DNA of 64,000 nucleotides, from the NCBI GenBank assembly GCA_963677495.2, contig CAXXOU010000004.1, positions 768,001 to 832,000 on the forward strand, written 5' to 3'. Source of the DNA: Candidatus Cloacimonadales bacterium (GTDB lineage Bacteria > Cloacimonadota > Cloacimonadia > Cloacimonadales > JAFGVF01). This document shows positions 59,100 to 64,000 of this stretch, in pieces. The notes under the pieces were generated by a model, which saw only the letters and a program-made list of their open reading frames with translations, had not been told where the DNA came from and searched no databases. The translations under genes and the position numbers were made by a program. Each line of letters opens with the position of its first letter. Position 1 is the stretch's first letter.

Positions 59100-60200
59100 A
59101 TGAAGATAAAGATTGCCCATATACAGTTATTACCAATAATGTCAGGAGTGCAGAAGATAAGTTATAGCATTTTTAAAGGACTTGATACTGATGAGTACGA
59201 TGTCCATTTAATATGTTCAGATGACCCTTATAAAAGAGAAGAATCATTGATAAACAAGGCGGAAGCTCTTGGAGTTAAAGTTCATGTTATAAAACATTTA
59301 AAGCGTGAGATTAGTTTGAAGGATATATCAGTTTTCAAACAGGTTAGAAAGATTTGCAAAGAAGAGAATTTTGATATAGTTCATACACATACAACAAAGA
59401 TGGGATTCATCGGACGCTTAGCTGCTAAATCAGCTGGGATTAAGAAAGTAATTCATACATTGCATGGCATAGCTTTTCATCCTTTTGAAAGTAAACCAAA
59501 GAGAGTTTTGTACTTCCTTTGTGAGGTATTATCATCCTTTTTCTGTGATAAGCATGTATTGGTAAACAGAGGGTATAGAAAAACATTCTGGTTTACTTTA
59601 AGAAACTTGATTACTATATATAACGGAATTAGCTTTGCTGATTTACAGGTTAAAGAAGTGTATGGTAATGAATTAAAACTGATTTTTATTGGGAGGCTAG
59701 ATTCTCAGAAGGATCCATTAACCTTGTTAAAAGCAATTAATCTTGTAAAGATTCAAGGTTATAGTATAGAAGCAAAACTGGTTGGAGATGGTGAACTGAT
59801 GAAGCAGTGTATGGAGTTTGTAAACAAAAAAGGCTTGAATGAGATGGTTGAACTTTGTGGTTGGAGAGACGATATTTCTAACTTACTAGCTGAATCAAAT
59901 GTGTTTTGTTCAAGCTCTTTATATGAAGCTTTACCACTCTCATTTCTTGAAGCAGGATATTCCGGATTAACTACTATCGGTACAGATATTATTGGAGTAA
60001 GAGAGGTTGTTGTAAAAGATACGACAGGTTATCTGTTTAATACAAAAGATTATGTTAAATTGTCTGAACTTCTGGTTAGGTTAATTGAGAAGCCGGAACT
60101 AATAGAAAATATGGGTAGAAATGCTCATAAGTTTGTTAAAGAGAACTTTCAAGAAGAACGAATGATTGAGGAATATCTTGAGTTATATAGAAATATTTAA
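59100..60200 (+). CDS. Glycosyltransferase family 4
   Basis: DIVHTH, IGRL..QK, GWRDD, YEALPLSFLEA. Confidence 0.92.
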   Translation: MKIKIAHIQLLPIMSGVQKISYSIFKGLDTDEYDVHLICSDDPYKREESLINKAEALGVKVHVIKHLKREISLKDISVFKQVRKICKEENFDIVHTHTTKMGFIGRLAAKSAGIKKVIHTLHGIAFHPFESKPKRVLYFLCEVLSSFFCDKHVLVNRGYRKTFWFTLRNLITIYNGISFADLQVKEVYGNELKLIFIGRLDSQKDPLTLLKAINLVKIQGYSIEAKLVGDGELMKQCMEFVNKKGLNEMVELCGWRDDISNLLAESNVFCSSSLYEALPLSFLEAGYSGLTTIGTDIIGVREVVVKDTTGYLFNTKDYVKLSELLVRLIEKPELIENMGRNAHKFVKENFQEERMIEEYLELYRNI

Positions 60201-61230
60201 ATTCTCTGCAGTTTTTATCGGTGTTTTTCTTGGCACTCTGATAATGTTACCTATAAGCAGAAAAACTGTAGCAATATTGGGAGTTGTAGATAATCCAGAA
60301 AAACGTAAAGTCCACAAAGTTCCAATACCAAGTGGGGGAGGAATTGCGTTCGGTATTCCGATCATCATAGCTCAATTTTTATTCTATATGATTTATCCAG
60401 ACTTTCAATATAAAAACCAAGTAGGTGCTTTGGCGGTATGTGGCCTTTGGGTGATGATACTTGGTATTATAGATGATAGATATAAAGTTAAAGCTTATAC
60501 AAAGCTGATATATCAAGCCATTTTGGCTATTTTCCTGTACTTCTCGGGTTTTAGAATTATGGAGATAACAAACCCGTTTGGTACTGAATTTCAATTAGGA
60601 CTTTTGTCTTTTCCTGTAACCGTTTTTTGGTATTTACTAATCATCAACTCAATAAATCTTATAGATGGAATTGATGGATTAGCAGCAGGTATTGGCAGTG
60701 TTGCATCAACAATATTATTTCTAGTAGGAGTTAAGTATAATAATATCTATGTCATGTATCTTTCTATGGTATTAATCGCCGGATCTACAGCATTCTTGAA
60801 AGACAATTTCTATCCGGCAAAAATGTTTATGGGTGACACCGGTAGCATGTTTATAGGGATGAACTTAGCATCAATAGCGACAATTGGAACTGGGCAGCTT
60901 AAAGGAATAACCGCGATAACTCTTATTATACCAATTACAGTTATGGGTGTACCTCTCTTAGATACATTCTTAGCTGTTTTCAGAAGATTGAAAGATAAGA
61001 GAAATATCTTCTCAGCAGATAAAGAACACTTTCATCATATACTGTTGAATCATGGGTTATCACACAAAGCTATTGCCTATATCTCCTATTTGTTTACTTT
61101 ACTCTTTGGATTGATTGCTCTTGGTTTTTCATTCTCTTCAAAGAAAATTATGCTATCAGTCATGGTACTACTATTGTTAATCATAATGGTAGTACTTTAT
61201 TCAACATTAAAAAGGGAGTCTGATAAATGA
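60166..61230 (+). CDS. Undecaprenyl-phosphate GlcNAc-1-phosphate transferase (WecA/TagO family)
   Basis: RKVH..PIP..GG, GIIDD, NSINLIDGIDGLA, FMGDTGS, DKEHFHH. Confidence 0.92.
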   Translation: MRNILSYIEIFKFSAVFIGVFLGTLIMLPISRKTVAILGVVDNPEKRKVHKVPIPSGGGIAFGIPIIIAQFLFYMIYPDFQYKNQVGALAVCGLWVMILGIIDDRYKVKAYTKLIYQAILAIFLYFSGFRIMEITNPFGTEFQLGLLSFPVTVFWYLLIINSINLIDGIDGLAAGIGSVASTILFLVGVKYNNIYVMYLSMVLIAGSTAFLKDNFYPAKMFMGDTGSMFIGMNLASIATIGTGQLKGITAITLIIPITVMGVPLLDTFLAVFRRLKDKRNIFSADKEHFHHILLNHGLSHKAIAYISYLFTLLFGLIALGFSFSSKKIMLSVMVLLLLIIMVVLYSTLKRESDK

Positions 61231-63776
61231 AAAAGACTGCATTAATTATACAGATATTACTTATTCTAACAGCTAATTATGCAATGAGTAATACATGGAA
61301 ATCCTACACAAATACAACACATATACATGATTTTGATTTAATCAATAACAAACTGTATCTCGCTACATGGGGTGGACTTGAAGAATACAACATTGAAGGT
61401 AGTAACTTCACGAAAAGCAACATCCAACATAGCAAGAAATACAACAATATCAATGGGCTTGCAGGTAATGATCTTCGTACGGTAGTACATGATCCATTTG
61501 TTAACTCGATCTGGATGAGTGTCTACAATCAAGGAATCAATCTTTTACATGATACAGGAAAGATTACTCTTATCGACCAAGATCTTCTTGGTTTACCATC
61601 TAATAAAGTCTCAAAGGTAATTGTAGATACTTTGTTCTATGTTGCAACAGACAATGGACTCTGTACTTATGATAGCTTTGATAATATTCCTTTCCCTCTG
61701 TTAATGAGTACATATGATGACGAGTTGCTAAGCACTGAGATCAGGGATATGGAGTTAACTGTAAATGGTTACTTAGTAATTGCAACCTCGTTAGGTGTTA
61801 ATTATGTCCATAAAGATTCAATGGATTATTCAGCTGCATGGCACAATTGGACATTCGAAGGGAATCAGTTACCTGATAATGATGTGAGTAGTCTTGATGT
61901 TTATGGTGAAGGAGTAGTTATAGCTACTTTAAAAGGTTTGGTTCGTGTTACTGGTTTCCCTTCTAATCAAGAATTCTCAATTCTTTCTCAATTCGAAGAA
62001 CTTGAATCACCAGCCATTTCTGAAGTTTATATCGATTCTGAGAACAGAATATGGATTAGTTTTGGCAGTTGGAAAGAGGAATCCATGAGCTTTATCGAAA
62101 GCCAAGACTATTCAATAATGGTTCTTAACTCTGATGGGACAGTACTCGATACTTGGAAAACAAATGAAGAAGGTTTGTTATCCAGTGATATTACTGCTAT
62201 TAAAGAAATTGATAATAAGATATGTATTGCAACTTGGGGACAAGGTATCTTCATTCGTGAAGATGGATTCTGGCACCAGATTATTGAGGAGAGTATCGGT
62301 TTCAATTCAATAAAAAGCATCGAGACAGATAAAAATAACGTACTTTGGTTCTCCTCTGGAGTGTGGGCTGATTCTAAGACAAAAAAAGGCACTAGAGGTG
62401 TTAGCTCATTTGATGGAGAAACCTGGGTGACTTACAATGTAGATAACTCACCATTAAATAGTGATAATATTAACACTATAGCAGTAGATGCTCTAAACAG
62501 GAAGTGGTTTGGTGCTTGGGCTGCCGGAAGTAGCAATGAGTTTGGATGGCGAAGTGGAATCAGTATATTAGATGATTCAGGAGATGAGAAGATCTGGTAT
62601 CGATTAAATGGAAATGGGTTGAGTGTCTACGATGATGTTGATGGCCAATTTGTTACTCTTGATACTGATATCGGACTAGCCAGTTCAACAGTCCCATATA
62701 TATTGGTCGATAACGAAGACAATGTTATTGTTAGCTGCTTTGATAGTGGTATGTCTATCTATTCAATTGCTGATAACAGTAATAACTTAGAAAAAATTGA
62801 TGATGTACGAATAGAAAGTAATCCGGGTCAAAAGACAACCTATTCTGTTCAATCTGGAGATAAGTATTTCTTTGCTCTAAACAGGTCACTTGTTTCTGAT
62901 GGAGAAGTGTACTGTTGGGACAATTCAGGATTACCTCAATCTAATTCAGAATCTGACTGGTCCAATGTTCCTATCTCTGAACTCAGGGATTGTACAATGA
63001 ACTCTATCGTTTCTTTCGAAGATCCTTTCGGGAGAACTCAAACCTGGTTTGCAGCAAATACTGGTCTTTTTACTTACATAGATAGTAACCAATCTGATGA
63101 AGGCTGGTATAAATGGGGCACAAGTATCAAACGTGAAAAGTGGACTGGGTACACATGGACTCATCAGACCTATGACCTTTACTATATTGATGAAGAAAGA
63201 CTGTTTGGTGCGAATGAATCTGAAGCATTCTCACTCTATTATGATCCTTTTGGCATACTCTGGATAGGTTCTAATGGACAAGGTTTGTCATCGTTTGATC
63301 CATATACTGAACGTTTTACTAATTACTCTACTTCCAATACTAAAATGATTTCTGATGTGGTAGCAACTATAGGACATGATCCAGTGAGTGGTAGGTTACT
63401 TATCGGTACTCCTGAAGGTCTCAGTTCCTTTATCATCGGTGTCTCTGATAATAAGGAGAAAGACTTAAACTCTGTTATAGCCTATCCGAATCCCTATTAC
63501 CCTAATGAAAACCCTGAAGATGTAATTAGAATCGTTAATAGTGATACAAAAAGAATATCTGATGCTAATTCTTTAGCTTTCCCTGATGCAGCTGAAGAGT
63601 GCAGAATATACGACACTGGTGGTGACTTAGTTGTAGTTCTCCCTCTGAGTAATCAAAAGATTTTTACATGGGATGGAACTAATGAAATCGGTGAAGAATG
63701 TAGTTCCGGAATCTATTTCTATGTTGTCTCCGGTGATGGTGAAGGAACAAGAGGCAAAATTGCCTTAATCAGGTAA
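61227..63776 (+). CDS. PorZ-like beta-propeller protein with C-terminal T9SS-type/FlgD-Ig domain
   Basis: Signal peptide, WKSYT, repeated L.SN.I..I..D....WF propeller blades; AYPNPY...IYD..G.LV...WDG.N..G....SGIYF...GKIALIR. Confidence 0.78.
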   Translation: MKKTALIIQILLILTANYAMSNTWKSYTNTTHIHDFDLINNKLYLATWGGLEEYNIEGSNFTKSNIQHSKKYNNINGLAGNDLRTVVHDPFVNSIWMSVYNQGINLLHDTGKITLIDQDLLGLPSNKVSKVIVDTLFYVATDNGLCTYDSFDNIPFPLLMSTYDDELLSTEIRDMELTVNGYLVIATSLGVNYVHKDSMDYSAAWHNWTFEGNQLPDNDVSSLDVYGEGVVIATLKGLVRVTGFPSNQEFSILSQFEELESPAISEVYIDSENRIWISFGSWKEESMSFIESQDYSIMVLNSDGTVLDTWKTNEEGLLSSDITAIKEIDNKICIATWGQGIFIREDGFWHQIIEESIGFNSIKSIETDKNNVLWFSSGVWADSKTKKGTRGVSSFDGETWVTYNVDNSPLNSDNINTIAVDALNRKWFGAWAAGSSNEFGWRSGISILDDSGDEKIWYRLNGNGLSVYDDVDGQFVTLDTDIGLASSTVPYILVDNEDNVIVSCFDSGMSIYSIADNSNNLEKIDDVRIESNPGQKTTYSVQSGDKYFFALNRSLVSDGEVYCWDNSGLPQSNSESDWSNVPISELRDCTMNSIVSFEDPFGRTQTWFAANTGLFTYIDSNQSDEGWYKWGTSIKREKWTGYTWTHQTYDLYYIDEERLFGANESEAFSLYYDPFGILWIGSNGQGLSSFDPYTERFTNYSTSNTKMISDVVATIGHDPVSGRLLIGTPEGLSSFIIGVSDNKEKDLNSVIAYPNPYYPNENPEDVIRIVNSDTKRISDANSLAFPDAAEECRIYDTGGDLVVVLPLSNQKIFTWDGTNEIGEECSSGIYFYVVSGDGEGTRGKIALIR

Positions 63777-63848
63777 TGGTAAATAATTACACTTTTGAAC
63801 CAAAAGCATATAAAACTGAAGTCGAATCTCTTCAGTTAGATAAACTTT

Positions 63849-63882
63849 ACAATCTCCTTCTGAGTAAGAGGGAGATTGTTTT
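63849..63882 (+). terminator. Probable terminator
   Basis: ACAATCTCC...GGAGATTGT followed by TTT. Confidence 0.55.
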
Positions 63883-64000
63883 CATTATTGATTCGCTTAT
63901 CAAGGATAAATATCCTGATTTATTAAACTCTTTGAACTCAAAAATCACCTATATTTTTACTGCGAAAGAATCAAATAAGAATCTAAAGAACGTAGAGCAA

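Overview
AT-rich bacterial chromosomal window. Gene content (transcarboxylase and MeaB, FeFe-hydrogenase-like sensor cluster, PorZ-like protein with a FlgD-Ig/T9SS-type tail) suggests an anaerobic diderm, plausibly Cloacimonadota (inference only). Housekeeping genes include gltX, holB, pgeF, dprA, meaB, dnaN, recF, miaB, alr, pyrF, pyrR, uvrC, murJ and the SRP RNA. Points of interest: (1) A tightly coupled minus-strand operon (33440-45619) encodes a stand-alone PqqD/RRE protein, an ATP-grasp ligase, a PLP decarboxylase whose N-terminus resembles an RRE-binding leader (KKKYxxPxI), a urea-transporter/M23 fusion, MBOAT, SGNH, TPR, TPR/beta-barrel and a large repeat lipoprotein. It is a candidate undescribed amide-polymer or envelope-modification and export system. 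(2) A ~10-kb accessory island lies between meaB and dnaN. It holds a low-GC four-gene candidate defence operon (unknown, P-loop ATPase, small ORF, PIN), a PD-(D/E)xK nuclease-like gene, a four-helix-bundle gene, two paralogue pairs and gene-flanking 7-, 9- and 31-bp repeats. (3) Three dispersed elements of exactly 128 bp have terminal inverted repeats and five 11-bp-period repeats. (4) Several apparent pseudo-enzymes and unusual fusions. Two single-base frameshifts (dprA and the lipoprotein) may be assembly errors. All protein calls come from motif recognition by eye; no database searches were run.
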